DNA of 64,000 nt from positions 23,929 to 87,928 of the forward strand of contig CALKDR010000013.1 in assembly GCA_938084175.1 (NCBI GenBank). Direction: 5' to 3'. This stretch comes from an uncultured Campylobacterales bacterium (lineage in GTDB: Bacteria > Campylobacterota > Campylobacteria > Campylobacterales > Arcobacteraceae). Made by a program: the position numbers and the translations under genes. Below are positions 28,749 through 37,733 of the stretch, piece after piece; positions within the stretch are counted from its first letter, which is position 1; the number at the start of each line of letters is the position of its first letter. The notes beneath the pieces were generated by a model. The model was not told the origin of the DNA. It ran no database searches and saw only the letters and a program-made list of their open reading frames with translations.

Positions 28749-29732
28749 ATGAAAGCTATTTATAAATCTGTTTTATTCATACTAATCTTATTACTATTAA
28801 GTGCTTGTAGTTCAAAAAAGCTAACAGTGAAATTACTTCATCCTTCACAAATACCTAATGAAAAAATATATACAATTTATGTGGAAGATTTTCTTAATGA
28901 TAATTTATACCAAAGTCTTAAGATTGAAAACAAACTTGCAAATAAAAGAATAAATGCTAAAAAAGTATTTAAACTTTTAAATACAAAGAATAACACGGAT
29001 ACTTTTATTGAAGGTATTGTCGATTCAAACTTAAATTATTACACTTATTACGAAGAAGAAATTGATTATAAAAGATGTAGATCTTATAGATATGATGAAA
29101 ATAAGAAAAAAACAAAAAAATGTATGCAATATCATATTAGATTAATTCCTTGTGAAAAAAGAGTTTATAATGTGCAAACAAATATAAAAGTAATTAAAAA
29201 CAATTCAAATGAAATCTTATTTGCAAAAACTTACAATAAAACTAGAAATATAAGAGAATGTTTTAGATATCACTATTATGCATATCATACAATTGCAAGA
29301 GATAAAAGAGAAATAAACACTAAACTTGCAAATTTAATTGCAAATGAGTTTTTAGATGATATTTCTCCACATTATGTTTATTTTGATATTAAGATAATCG
29401 AAGAATTAAATGAAGATAATCTAATTTTTACAGATTCACAAAGTCAAAGGTTTGAAAAAGTTACAGAATTAATGCAAAAAAGAAATTTTGATTTATCTTT
29501 AGATGAATTAGAGAAACTAGATATTGAATTTAATCATAAAAGCTATGAAGTAATCTATAATATGGGATTAATATATGAGGCAAGTGCAAAACTATTTAAA
29601 GCGAATAAACTATATAATAAAGCAAAATTTCTAGTAGATGATTTAGATGCTTTACAAGATATTAATAATGCAATATTAAGAACAAATATTAACCTTGAAG
29701 AAAAAATAAAAGCTAAATCTCAACTACCATAA
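28749..29732 (+). CDS. Lipoprotein with C-terminal TPR
   Basis: Start MKAIYKS (28749, AAGGA SD); lipobox 'LLSAC'; 'YNMGLIYEASAKLFKANKLYNKA' TPR. Confidence 0.7.
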   Translation: MKAIYKSVLFILILLLLSACSSKKLTVKLLHPSQIPNEKIYTIYVEDFLNDNLYQSLKIENKLANKRINAKKVFKLLNTKNNTDTFIEGIVDSNLNYYTYYEEEIDYKRCRSYRYDENKKKTKKCMQYHIRLIPCEKRVYNVQTNIKVIKNNSNEILFAKTYNKTRNIRECFRYHYYAYHTIARDKREINTKLANLIANEFLDDISPHYVYFDIKIIEELNEDNLIFTDSQSQRFEKVTELMQKRNFDLSLDELEKLDIEFNHKSYEVIYNMGLIYEASAKLFKANKLYNKAKFLVDDLDALQDINNAILRTNINLEEKIKAKSQLP

Positions 29733-29799
29733 CTATTTATTAACTCTTATTTGCTAGAATTTATTTTTAAAAAATAAAAAAGAGTATAAAGGCAAGTAA

Positions 29800-30441
29800 A
29801 TGCAGAATAAAAAAGTTATAGTAATTTCATTAATAGTATTAATAATATTATTTTTAGGTGCAGGATATATTTATAAGAGTGATCAAGCAAAAGAATTAAG
29901 CGCTAATACACAAAGAAACTATTCGGCATTAGTACGAGAAAGTTCTTTTATTTTAGGAAATAAAGATGCAAAAGTTGAACTAGTAGAGTTTTTCGATCCA
30001 GCTTGTGAGACTTGTGCACAAATGCATCCTTTAGTAAAAGATATTATGAAGAAAAACAATGGAAATATAAAACTAGTTCTAAGATATGCTCCTTTTCATG
30101 AAGGTTCAGTTGATGTAGTAAGAATGCTAGAAGCTACAAAAAAGCAAGCAAAATTCTTAGAAGTTTTAGAATTATTATTTGTGACACAAAAGTTTTGGAC
30201 AGTTAATCATGTTGTTGATTTAAATAAAGTTTGGGGAATATTACTTACATCTAAGCTACTTGATATGGATAAATTAGTTGAAGATATGAAAGATCCAAAG
30301 ATAGTGGAAATAGTAAAACAAGATATCCAAGATGCTAAAACTTTAAAAGCAAATAAAACTCCAGCTTACTATGTAAACGGTAAACCTTTACAAACTTTTG
30401 GATTACAAAATCTTATAGACTTAATTAACTCACAAATGTAA
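29800..30441 (+). CDS. DsbA-family (thioredoxin_4) thiol:disulfide oxidoreductase
   Basis: 'EFFDPACETC' CxxC, 'LRYAPFH', cis-Pro loop 'KTPAYYVNG'. Confidence 0.88.
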   Translation: MQNKKVIVISLIVLIILFLGAGYIYKSDQAKELSANTQRNYSALVRESSFILGNKDAKVELVEFFDPACETCAQMHPLVKDIMKKNNGNIKLVLRYAPFHEGSVDVVRMLEATKKQAKFLEVLELLFVTQKFWTVNHVVDLNKVWGILLTSKLLDMDKLVEDMKDPKIVEIVKQDIQDAKTLKANKTPAYYVNGKPLQTFGLQNLIDLINSQM

Positions 30442-30446
30442 ATATA

Positions 30447-30470
30447 ACAGAAGCTTTAAATAGCTTCTGT
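30447..30470 (+). terminator. Hairpin after dsbA
   Basis: ACAGAAGCT-N6-AGCTTCTGT. Confidence 0.55.
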
Positions 30471-30567
30471 GTGTACAATTTATGTACATCTAATCGAATT
30501 CTAACTTAGCTTTAGCTATTATTATTTTCTTAAATAAACTAATAAAAAAATAATTAGGTACGAATAA

Positions 30568-30975
30568 ATGAAAGTAGTTATTGGAGTTGTTGGCAATGAT
30601 ATTCACGTTGTTGCAAACAGACTTATTGATATATCATTACAAGCACGTGGATTTGAAGTATTTAACTTAGGTGTAAATACTTACTTAGAAGAATTTATTG
30701 ATGCTGTAATAGAAACAAATGCAGATGTTTTACTAGTCTCTTCACTAAATGGTGAAGCTGAGGGTTGGTGTAGAGAACTTAATATCCTAAAATCAAAATA
30801 TAAAAACCTTGATGGTGTTGTATTTATGTTAGGTGGAAACTTAAGTGTAGGAACAGGAAGTGAAGAAGAAATTGTTCCAAGGTTTAAAGACTATGGATTT
30901 GATTTAGTATTTCACCAAGTTGATTTAAATACAGGACTTAATACCTTAGAAAAATACTTGGAGGATAGAAAATAA
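30568..30975 (+). CDS. glmS: Methylaspartate (glutamate) mutase S subunit, B12-binding
   Basis: Base-off/His-on motif 'DIHVVA' (DxHxxG variant), 'SSLNG', 'GGNL'; adjacent to the E subunit. Confidence 0.88.
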   Translation: MKVVIGVVGNDIHVVANRLIDISLQARGFEVFNLGVNTYLEEFIDAVIETNADVLLVSSLNGEAEGWCRELNILKSKYKNLDGVVFMLGGNLSVGTGSEEEIVPRFKDYGFDLVFHQVDLNTGLNTLEKYLEDRK

Positions 30976-32342
30976 TGAGTTTACTTCAAGAAGAACGAGA
31001 TATTATTATTAAAAATAAATATGCAGATGACTTTGATTTTGCAGAAATTGAAGAGTTTGTAAAAAATGCTTCAAAAGATTTATTTATCTCACATAGATTT
31101 AAAAATGCAAACAAAATGCTTGTACAACCTCGTGGTGGATTTCCAACATATCAAAAACAATACGACTTATATGAGTTTTTTGTAAATGCAGATGTTGATA
31201 TTTTACCTTTAACAATTGATTCAAATACAAGACTAAATGACTATGCAACGTCTGCAAAGATGCTTAAATTATCTGAAGAGAATGAAGTAGATATGTTAAA
31301 TGGATATCCACTTGTAAATCATGGTTATAAAACAACTAGAAAAATGATTACTCATTTTAATAAACCAGTAAGTCTAAGACATGGAACTCCTGATGCAAGA
31401 CTATTAATAGAAACAGCAATTGCTTCAGGAATTTTTGAAATAGAAGGTGGTCCAATTACTTACCTTTTACCATATTCAAAAAACTTTCCTTTAGATAAAG
31501 CTTTTTTATACTGGAAATATGTTGAAAGAGTTTGTGCGAACTACTCAAAATTAAATGAACCAATAAATAGAGAATCATTTGGACCATTAACAGCAACTCT
31601 TGTTCCTCCTTGTGTAACAATTGTAATTCAATTACTTGAAATGCTTTTATCACTTGAAGAAGGTGTAAAATCATTCTCTGTATCTTTCTCACAAACAGGT
31701 TCTATGAATCAAGATATTGTAACAGGTGCAGTTATACGAAAAATGGCTAAGTATTACGCAGAAGAAATCGGATGTGCTGATGCATCTGTACATTTAGTAT
31801 ATCATCAATGGATGGGAGCCTTCCCTACTGATAAAAACTTTGCAGAGTGTTTAATAAATACTTCAACTGTAATTGCTGCTATGGTTGGTGCTGATAAGAT
31901 TATTACAAAAACAAGAGAAGAAGCATCGGGAATTCCTACAAAAGAAGCAAATGCAAAAACAGTAGCAAATACTCAATATACTTTAAGAATGTTAAACGGT
32001 CTTCCAAATGTAGTAGACCAAGAAGAAGAAGAAATTTTAACAGAAGAAGTTATGAGCATAATGGAAGCTGTTTTCAATGACCCTGCTGATACATTATGGA
32101 GAAAAGTATTTAACTCTATTAAAAATGGAACAATAGATGTTCCTTTTTCACCTCATATTATTAATCATAATGAAGTAGTAACAGTAAGAGATAAAAATAA
32201 AAATATTAGAATTATCAAAAAAGGTAACTTACCAATTAGTGATAGATGTTTTGAATATGAAAAGAAACACTGTGATTTAAATAAAGATGCCTCATCAATA
32301 GTAAATGACATTATTCATGATATAGGAATTATGCAATGGTAG
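30975..32342 (+). CDS. glmE: Methylaspartate (glutamate) mutase E subunit
   Basis: 'QPRGG', 'TIDSNTRLN', 'LNGYPLVNHG', 'RHGTPDARLL', 'EGGPITYLLPY', 'INRESFGPL', 'HQWMGAFP', 'GIPTKEAN'. Confidence 0.92.
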   Translation: MSLLQEERDIIIKNKYADDFDFAEIEEFVKNASKDLFISHRFKNANKMLVQPRGGFPTYQKQYDLYEFFVNADVDILPLTIDSNTRLNDYATSAKMLKLSEENEVDMLNGYPLVNHGYKTTRKMITHFNKPVSLRHGTPDARLLIETAIASGIFEIEGGPITYLLPYSKNFPLDKAFLYWKYVERVCANYSKLNEPINRESFGPLTATLVPPCVTIVIQLLEMLLSLEEGVKSFSVSFSQTGSMNQDIVTGAVIRKMAKYYAEEIGCADASVHLVYHQWMGAFPTDKNFAECLINTSTVIAAMVGADKIITKTREEASGIPTKEANAKTVANTQYTLRMLNGLPNVVDQEEEEILTEEVMSIMEAVFNDPADTLWRKVFNSIKNGTIDVPFSPHIINHNEVVTVRDKNKNIRIIKKGNLPISDRCFEYEKKHCDLNKDASSIVNDIIHDIGIMQW

Positions 32343-33520
32343 AAAATAAACTTTTAATAGATATAGGAAGTACATACTTCAAAGTTGCAACAAATAATAA
32401 TGTTGAACAATACTTTAGAGATTTTAATAAAGATATTTATGATGATTTAGTGCATAAGTGTTCAAGTAAAATAGAAGGTTTTAAAAAAGATGAGGTATTT
32501 ATATGTTCATCTGCAAATGGTGGATTATCAACTTTAATTATTGGAATTACAAACTCATTTTCACTTAAGTTTGCTACAAATATTGCATTTAATTCTGGAA
32601 TTAATATTATTGATACAGTTTTATATCAAGATTTAAATAAAGCCTCAGTTCCTAGTGATTTAATTGATGTTGTTATTATTGTTGGTGGTATAAATAGCGT
32701 TAAAGATATTTTTAAAGATGATTTATTTGAATACTTAAATAATATAAATTACTCAAATGTTGTATTTGCAGGTTCTTCTTTAGACTCAGAATATTTAAAC
32801 TCAAAAATAGAAAACCTAAATGTTATTGATAATATAATTAATAACAAGCTTCATGTTGTAGAAGAACCACTAAAAGAGTATTTAACTAACCTTTATCAAT
32901 CAGATATTATGGGGAAAGAAGATATTAAACATTTGTATTCTTTAACATCAAATCAAATATATTCAACTCCATATATAGTAAATAAAACACTGCCAATGAT
33001 TGATTCAAAATTTGCAGCAGTTAATCCATTTATTTTAATTGATATTGGTGGAGCAACTACTGATATTCATTATTCAAAAGATTTATCTTATGATAATATA
33101 GTTACAGAGAATGAATACGATAGATTAGTATTTAAAAAACTCGGTGTTTTTAAATCACGTGAATCATTAATTTTTGCAGCAAAAAACAATGAGTTTGTAT
33201 ATGAATTATTAGCACACTTAAAAGTTACAGAAAATATTTTTAATGAAGATAATGAAAAAAGTTTAAGAATTTTAATGCAATTAGCTATTTTCCTTGTATT
33301 ATATAAAGTATCTGAAGTACATCCTTTATATATCAAGTTAAAATTAGACTTATTAAAATCTGTTGTATTAACAGGTGGAATTACAAAGGTTCTAACTTTT
33401 GATGAAGTAGAAGATATTATTGCATTCTTTTACAAAAAAATATTAAATAGTGAGGTTTATCCTTCAATTGTATTAGATTCAAATTATGATATTTGGACTC
33501 TTGGGATTACTAAAAAATAA
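32336..33520 (+). CDS. glmL: Glutamate mutase reactivating ATPase (MutL/GlmL)
   Basis: ASKHA motifs 'IDIGSTYFK', 'CSSANGGL', 'IDIGGATTDIH'. Confidence 0.88.
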   Translation: MVENKLLIDIGSTYFKVATNNNVEQYFRDFNKDIYDDLVHKCSSKIEGFKKDEVFICSSANGGLSTLIIGITNSFSLKFATNIAFNSGINIIDTVLYQDLNKASVPSDLIDVVIIVGGINSVKDIFKDDLFEYLNNINYSNVVFAGSSLDSEYLNSKIENLNVIDNIINNKLHVVEEPLKEYLTNLYQSDIMGKEDIKHLYSLTSNQIYSTPYIVNKTLPMIDSKFAAVNPFILIDIGGATTDIHYSKDLSYDNIVTENEYDRLVFKKLGVFKSRESLIFAAKNNEFVYELLAHLKVTENIFNEDNEKSLRILMQLAIFLVLYKVSEVHPLYIKLKLDLLKSVVLTGGITKVLTFDEVEDIIAFFYKKILNSEVYPSIVLDSNYDIWTLGITKK

Positions 33521-33530
33521 AGGAAATAAT

Positions 33531-35102
33531 ATGTCAATAAATTGTATAAGAACATTAATCGAAGAAGCTAATGTATCTAATCCAGATAAAATAGCTATTA
33601 TTCATGGAAAAGAACAATTAACTTATAATGAATTATTTACTAAAGTTAATCAAATTGCTTATTATTTAGATGAATTAGATATGCCAAGTAAAAGTAGAAT
33701 TGGTGTTTATTCAAGTAAAGGCTGTGATCAAGTAATAGCAATGCTTGCTATTTTATCAACTGATTATATACTTGTACCTTTAACAAAATTACTTAAATCT
33801 GAACAAGTTAAATATATAATAAATGATTGTAATATCGAATGTATTATTACAGATAAAGTAAAACTAGAATCAATAGAAGAGATAAACTTTAAAGGTTCTA
33901 TTATTTCATATGAGACAACTCATAAAGATTTACCATCATTTGAAGAAATTTATAAGTATTATAATAAGCCTTATGAATGTAATATCTCAGGTCATCAAAA
34001 TGCAGCTATTACTTACTCATTTGGAATGGGTGGAAAACCTAAAGGTATTGTAATTTCTCACAGAAACTTTATAGATTCAGCACGTGTTGTATCTCAATAC
34101 TTAGATTTAAAAGAAAGTGATGTTATTTCAGGACTTTTGATTTTTAATTTAGATTATGGATTGAATCAAATCTTTTGTTCACTTTATAAAAGAGCAACAT
34201 TAGCATTACATAGATTTGTATTACCAAGTGATTTTTTTAATCATTTAATTAATGATAAAGTAACAGTACTTCCTATTATGCCAATTACTATTACTGATAT
34301 GTTTGATGAAGAAGAAAATAGACTTCCAAGCCCACAACTATTAGAAAATGTAAGAATTATTACATCTTCAGGTGGTAATGTAACAAATAAAATGATTAAT
34401 GATGTAGAAAAATACTTTACAGGTGCAAAGTTTTATTCTATGCATGGACTAACAGAAGCATTTAGATCAGCATATCTAGACCCAAGTCAGCTAAAAATTA
34501 GACCTGATTCAATTGGAAAAGCAATTCCTGATGTTGAATTATATGTAATTGATGAGAATGGGAATGAATGTGCTCCAAGAGTAGTAGGTGAGTTAATTCA
34601 TAGAGGTGGATATATTTATCAAGGTTACTGGAAAGGTCCAAAACAAACTAAACAAAGATTTAAATCTGCATCAATTCTAAAAAACATAATAAACCTTGAT
34701 GGTGAGTTAAATGATGAAATAGTAGTAGCAACTGGTGATTATGTATATAAAGATGAAGAAGGTTATCTTTACTTTGTATCGAGGGATGATAATATGATTA
34801 AAACTAGAGGTTTTAGAGTAAGTCCTTATGAGATTGAATCTGTAGTTTCAAAAAATATTGAAAATATAAAGCAATGTGCAGTATTCTCTCTTGAAAATAA
34901 AGAAATAGAAGAAGAGATAGTTTTAGTATATACAGCAAGTAGTGAATTAAGTTCAAAAGAGATAATTTTTGAATTAAAAAAACATTTAGCTTCATATATG
35001 ATTCCATCAAAAATAATATATAAAAAGTCTTTACCTCTTATTCCATCTGATAAAAATAAGATAAATATAGACGAATTAAAAAAAGAACTAACAAGCAAAT
35101 AA
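33531..35102 (+). CDS. Adenylate-forming (AMP-binding) ligase resembling exosortase-associated acyl-CoA ligases
   Basis: Start at 33531 (AAGGA SD); 'KPKGIVISHRN', 'DYGLNQ', 'GLTEAFRSAYL..RPDSIGKAIPD', 'GELIHRG', 'TGD', 'MIKTRGFRVSPYEIE'. Confidence 0.85.
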   Translation: MSINCIRTLIEEANVSNPDKIAIIHGKEQLTYNELFTKVNQIAYYLDELDMPSKSRIGVYSSKGCDQVIAMLAILSTDYILVPLTKLLKSEQVKYIINDCNIECIITDKVKLESIEEINFKGSIISYETTHKDLPSFEEIYKYYNKPYECNISGHQNAAITYSFGMGGKPKGIVISHRNFIDSARVVSQYLDLKESDVISGLLIFNLDYGLNQIFCSLYKRATLALHRFVLPSDFFNHLINDKVTVLPIMPITITDMFDEEENRLPSPQLLENVRIITSSGGNVTNKMINDVEKYFTGAKFYSMHGLTEAFRSAYLDPSQLKIRPDSIGKAIPDVELYVIDENGNECAPRVVGELIHRGGYIYQGYWKGPKQTKQRFKSASILKNIINLDGELNDEIVVATGDYVYKDEEGYLYFVSRDDNMIKTRGFRVSPYEIESVVSKNIENIKQCAVFSLENKEIEEEIVLVYTASSELSSKEIIFELKKHLASYMIPSKIIYKKSLPLIPSDKNKINIDELKKELTSK

Positions 35103-35133
35103 TTATAAATATAGCATCAAGCTATATTTATAA
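35103..35133 (+). terminator. 13-bp hairpin closing the mutase-ligase operon
   Basis: TTATAAATATAGC-ATCAA-GCTATATTTATAA immediately after the stop codon. Confidence 0.65.
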
Positions 35134-35148
35134 AAACACTACTTTTTG

Positions 35149-35162
35149 TTGACCCATGTCAA
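35149..35162. promoter_or_regulatory. Crp/Fnr-type operator upstream of cytochrome c
   Basis: Palindrome TTGAC-CCAT-GTCAA; TATAAT at 35185-35190 places its centre near -41.5. Confidence 0.6.
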
Positions 35163-35220
35163 TTACTTCACAAAAAAAATCCATTATAATTACTACAATA
35201 TAAAAAAGAAGGATCATAAG

Positions 35221-35499
35221 ATGAAAAAAATTATTATCGCAGCATCATTATTAGCTACAGTAGCAGCATTTGCTAACCCTTATGCAAAGTGTGCAGGTTG
35301 TCATGGAGCAAATGGAGAAAAATCAGCATTAGGTAAATCAAAAGTTATTAAAGACATGAGTAAAGCAGATTTTGTAGCATCACTTAAAGGCTATAAAGAT
35401 GGAACTTATGGTGGTCCTATGAAAGGTCTTATGAAAGGTCAAGTAAAAAATATGGATGAAGCTACTATGAATGCAATTGCCGATAAAATTGCTAAATAA
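35221..35499 (+). CDS. Periplasmic monoheme cytochrome c553
   Basis: Start MKKIII (AAGGA SD), signal peptide, 'CAGCHG', 'YGGPMKGLMKGQV'. Confidence 0.93.
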   Translation: MKKIIIAASLLATVAAFANPYAKCAGCHGANGEKSALGKSKVIKDMSKADFVASLKGYKDGTYGGPMKGLMKGQVKNMDEATMNAIADKIAK

Positions 35500-35515
35500 T
35501 TCTATAAACTTCTTT

Positions 35516-35540
35516 TAATAGCTAGTTTATCTAGCTATTA
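35516..35540. terminator. Bidirectional hairpin between convergent genes
   Basis: TAATAGCTAG-TTTAT-CTAGCTATTA. Confidence 0.6.
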
Positions 35541-35546
35541 TTTAAT

Positions 35547-36386
35547 TTACACAAATTCTATTCTATCTCTACCGTTATTTTTTGCTTTGTAAACAGCCAA
35601 ATCTGCTTTTCTAATCATTTCACTAGCATCAATACAATCACTTAAAAAAGAAACTCCCATACTAACTGTAATTGATATATTTTTATAATCATGAGAGATT
35701 TTTTCTGATTTTACATCTTCTTTTAAATCACTAAGTTTTTGAGGAATATGGTTTTTAGTTATAAAACAAAGAATAATAAACTCTTCTCCTCCATATCTGT
35801 AAACTTCACCATTTAGTATTTTAGCATGCTTATTTAACTTCTTAGCTAAATAAATCAATGCTTTATCCCCAGCTTCATGACCAAAATTATCATTAATACC
35901 TTTAAATATATCAGCATCAATAAAAACTGCACTTAAAAAAGAGGAATTACTCTGTTTTGAAAAAACACTTAAATCATATTCCATTTTTCTTCTATTATAT
36001 ACTCTAGTTAAATGATCTCTATTCATTTCATCTTTAAGAAGTTCTTTTTCTCTTAATAATTCTTCAATTAAATTGTCTTTATAATTTTCATCTAGGTTTG
36101 TATTCTTTTGTTCAATCACCTTTCCTAATAAAAATTCAAAGCAGTTTTTTGAACTTGAATAATCAATACTTTTACATTCAATAAGTAAAGAGGGAGAATC
36201 TTTTGCTAGTCCATTTGTTATTGTTAATGAATTAAATTGCTTAATTGAATACTCAATATTATCATTTATAATTTTTGGTTGAAGGAGTATTTTTTTCCAA
36301 TATTTATTATTTTCCTTAGTAAGAACTACTGTCTTTTTTAATAAGATATCATCAAATAGTTCTTTTGATACTGAAATTTTTTGCAT
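35547..36386 (-). CDS. Diguanylate cyclase with N-terminal ASCH/PUA-like domain
   Basis: 'DHLTRVYNRR', 'FIDADIFKGINDNFGHEAGD', 'RYGGEEF', 'AKNNGRDR'; N-terminal domain call is by pattern recognition only. Confidence 0.85.
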   Translation of the reverse strand: MQKISVSKELFDDILLKKTVVLTKENNKYWKKILLQPKIINDNIEYSIKQFNSLTITNGLAKDSPSLLIECKSIDYSSSKNCFEFLLGKVIEQKNTNLDENYKDNLIEELLREKELLKDEMNRDHLTRVYNRRKMEYDLSVFSKQSNSSFLSAVFIDADIFKGINDNFGHEAGDKALIYLAKKLNKHAKILNGEVYRYGGEEFIILCFITKNHIPQKLSDLKEDVKSEKISHDYKNISITVSMGVSFLSDCIDASEMIRKADLAVYKAKNNGRDRIEFV

Positions 36387-36553
36387 ATAATTTATTTCCT
36401 AAAATAATCTAGTAAAACTATATCAAGTAATTACTTAGCTATTTATATATAATAAATTTCAATATTTAATATAATAAGTTTTTCTTATGTATTTTTCATA
36501 AGTATTTAATATAATATTTAGTATTATAATATAAATTTATTCAAGGATTTAAA

Positions 36554-37714
36554 ATGACTTTAAGAGAAAAGTTCTCACCAATGTGCTTTTTATCAGCATT
36601 AGGTGCTGGTGGTTTATCTGTATCTTTTTTTATGTATTTAATGTTTCTAGTACCACATAAAGGTGCTCCAATGGCAACATTTGATTTTATTTATCCACAA
36701 TTATTAAAAGGTAATTGGCTAACATTAGTATCAGCTTTTTCTCTTGTTATGATAATTGCTTTTGCCTTTTTACATTTTAAGCTATTAATTTGGAATACAA
36801 AACAGTTTTTAATGTATAAAAAAAGTAATACATACAAAGAATTAAAAAATTCTAATGCAGAAATTACTCTAATGACAATTCCACTTACATATACAATGAC
36901 AATAAATGTATGTTTTGTACTAGGAGCAGTTTTTATTCCTGGACTTTGGGATATTGTTGAGTATTTATTTCCTTTTGCATTAATTGGATTTATGATCAGT
37001 GCTTTTTATGCTTTAAAAATATTTTTTAATTATTTTTCTAGACTTTTAATTACTGGTGATTTTGATTTTGCAAAAAATAATAATCTATCACAAATGATTT
37101 CAATTTTCGCATTTGCAATGATTGCAGTTGGTTTTGCAGCTCCTGGGGCTATGAGTCATAATATTGAAATAAATGCAATTGGTATTTTTGGCGCGCTATT
37201 TTTTAGTGCCTTATGTATTTTATTATTAGTAATAAAATTAACATTAGGGTTTAAAAATATGTTTGAGCATGGAATTTCTATTGAAGCTTCACCTTCACTT
37301 TGGATTCTTATTCCAATATTAACACTTCTTGGAATTACTTTTGTTAGAGTATCTTTTGGTTTAGATCATAACTTTAATGCAATTGTTGATAAATCATCAC
37401 TATTTACGCTTACTTCTGTTATTGTCTCTTTACAAATTATATTTGGAGTATTAGGATATAAAGTAATGAAAGAGCTTAAATATTTTGAAAAGTTTGTTGA
37501 AGGAAAGGATAGATCTTCTGTATCTTTTGCACTAATTTGTCCTGGTGTTGCTTTTATGGTATTTGGAATGTTTTTTATAAACTTTGGACTTACTTTTAAT
37601 GGTATTATTGAAAAATATTCTCTTGCATATTTCTTATTGATGACACCTTTTATGTTTGTTCAATATAAAACAGTTATCTACTTTTTTAAATTAAAGAAAA
37701 AATTTCTTTTTTAA
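36554..37714 (+). CDS. TsoY-like multi-pass membrane protein (Cys form)
   Basis: 'FSPMCFLSALGAGGLSVSFFMYLMF', 'FALICPGVA'; ~10 TM helices; family name recalled, not searched. Confidence 0.6.
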   Translation: MTLREKFSPMCFLSALGAGGLSVSFFMYLMFLVPHKGAPMATFDFIYPQLLKGNWLTLVSAFSLVMIIAFAFLHFKLLIWNTKQFLMYKKSNTYKELKNSNAEITLMTIPLTYTMTINVCFVLGAVFIPGLWDIVEYLFPFALIGFMISAFYALKIFFNYFSRLLITGDFDFAKNNNLSQMISIFAFAMIAVGFAAPGAMSHNIEINAIGIFGALFFSALCILLLVIKLTLGFKNMFEHGISIEASPSLWILIPILTLLGITFVRVSFGLDHNFNAIVDKSSLFTLTSVIVSLQIIFGVLGYKVMKELKYFEKFVEGKDRSSVSFALICPGVAFMVFGMFFINFGLTFNGIIEKYSLAYFLLMTPFMFVQYKTVIYFFKLKKKFLF

Positions 37715-37733
37715 TAAATAGAAATATTATAAA

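Noticed and set aside
30442-30567. Cobalamin riboswitch ahead of the B12-dependent mutase
   Set aside because: Only ~126 nt, AT-rich, lacking the conserved GGGAA/GCCACTG B12-box elements; contains a terminator-like hairpin and a TGTACA-N5-TGTACA repeat of uncertain meaning.
30568-33520. Classical glutamate fermentation (methylaspartate) operon
   Set aside because: No methylaspartate ammonia-lyase in the operon or window, and gene order differs; cannot be excluded genome-wide.
36463-36534. TATTTAATATAATA direct repeats upstream of the TsoY-like gene
   Set aside because: Pure A/T motif in an extremely AT-rich intergenic region; cannot be distinguished from chance without conservation data.
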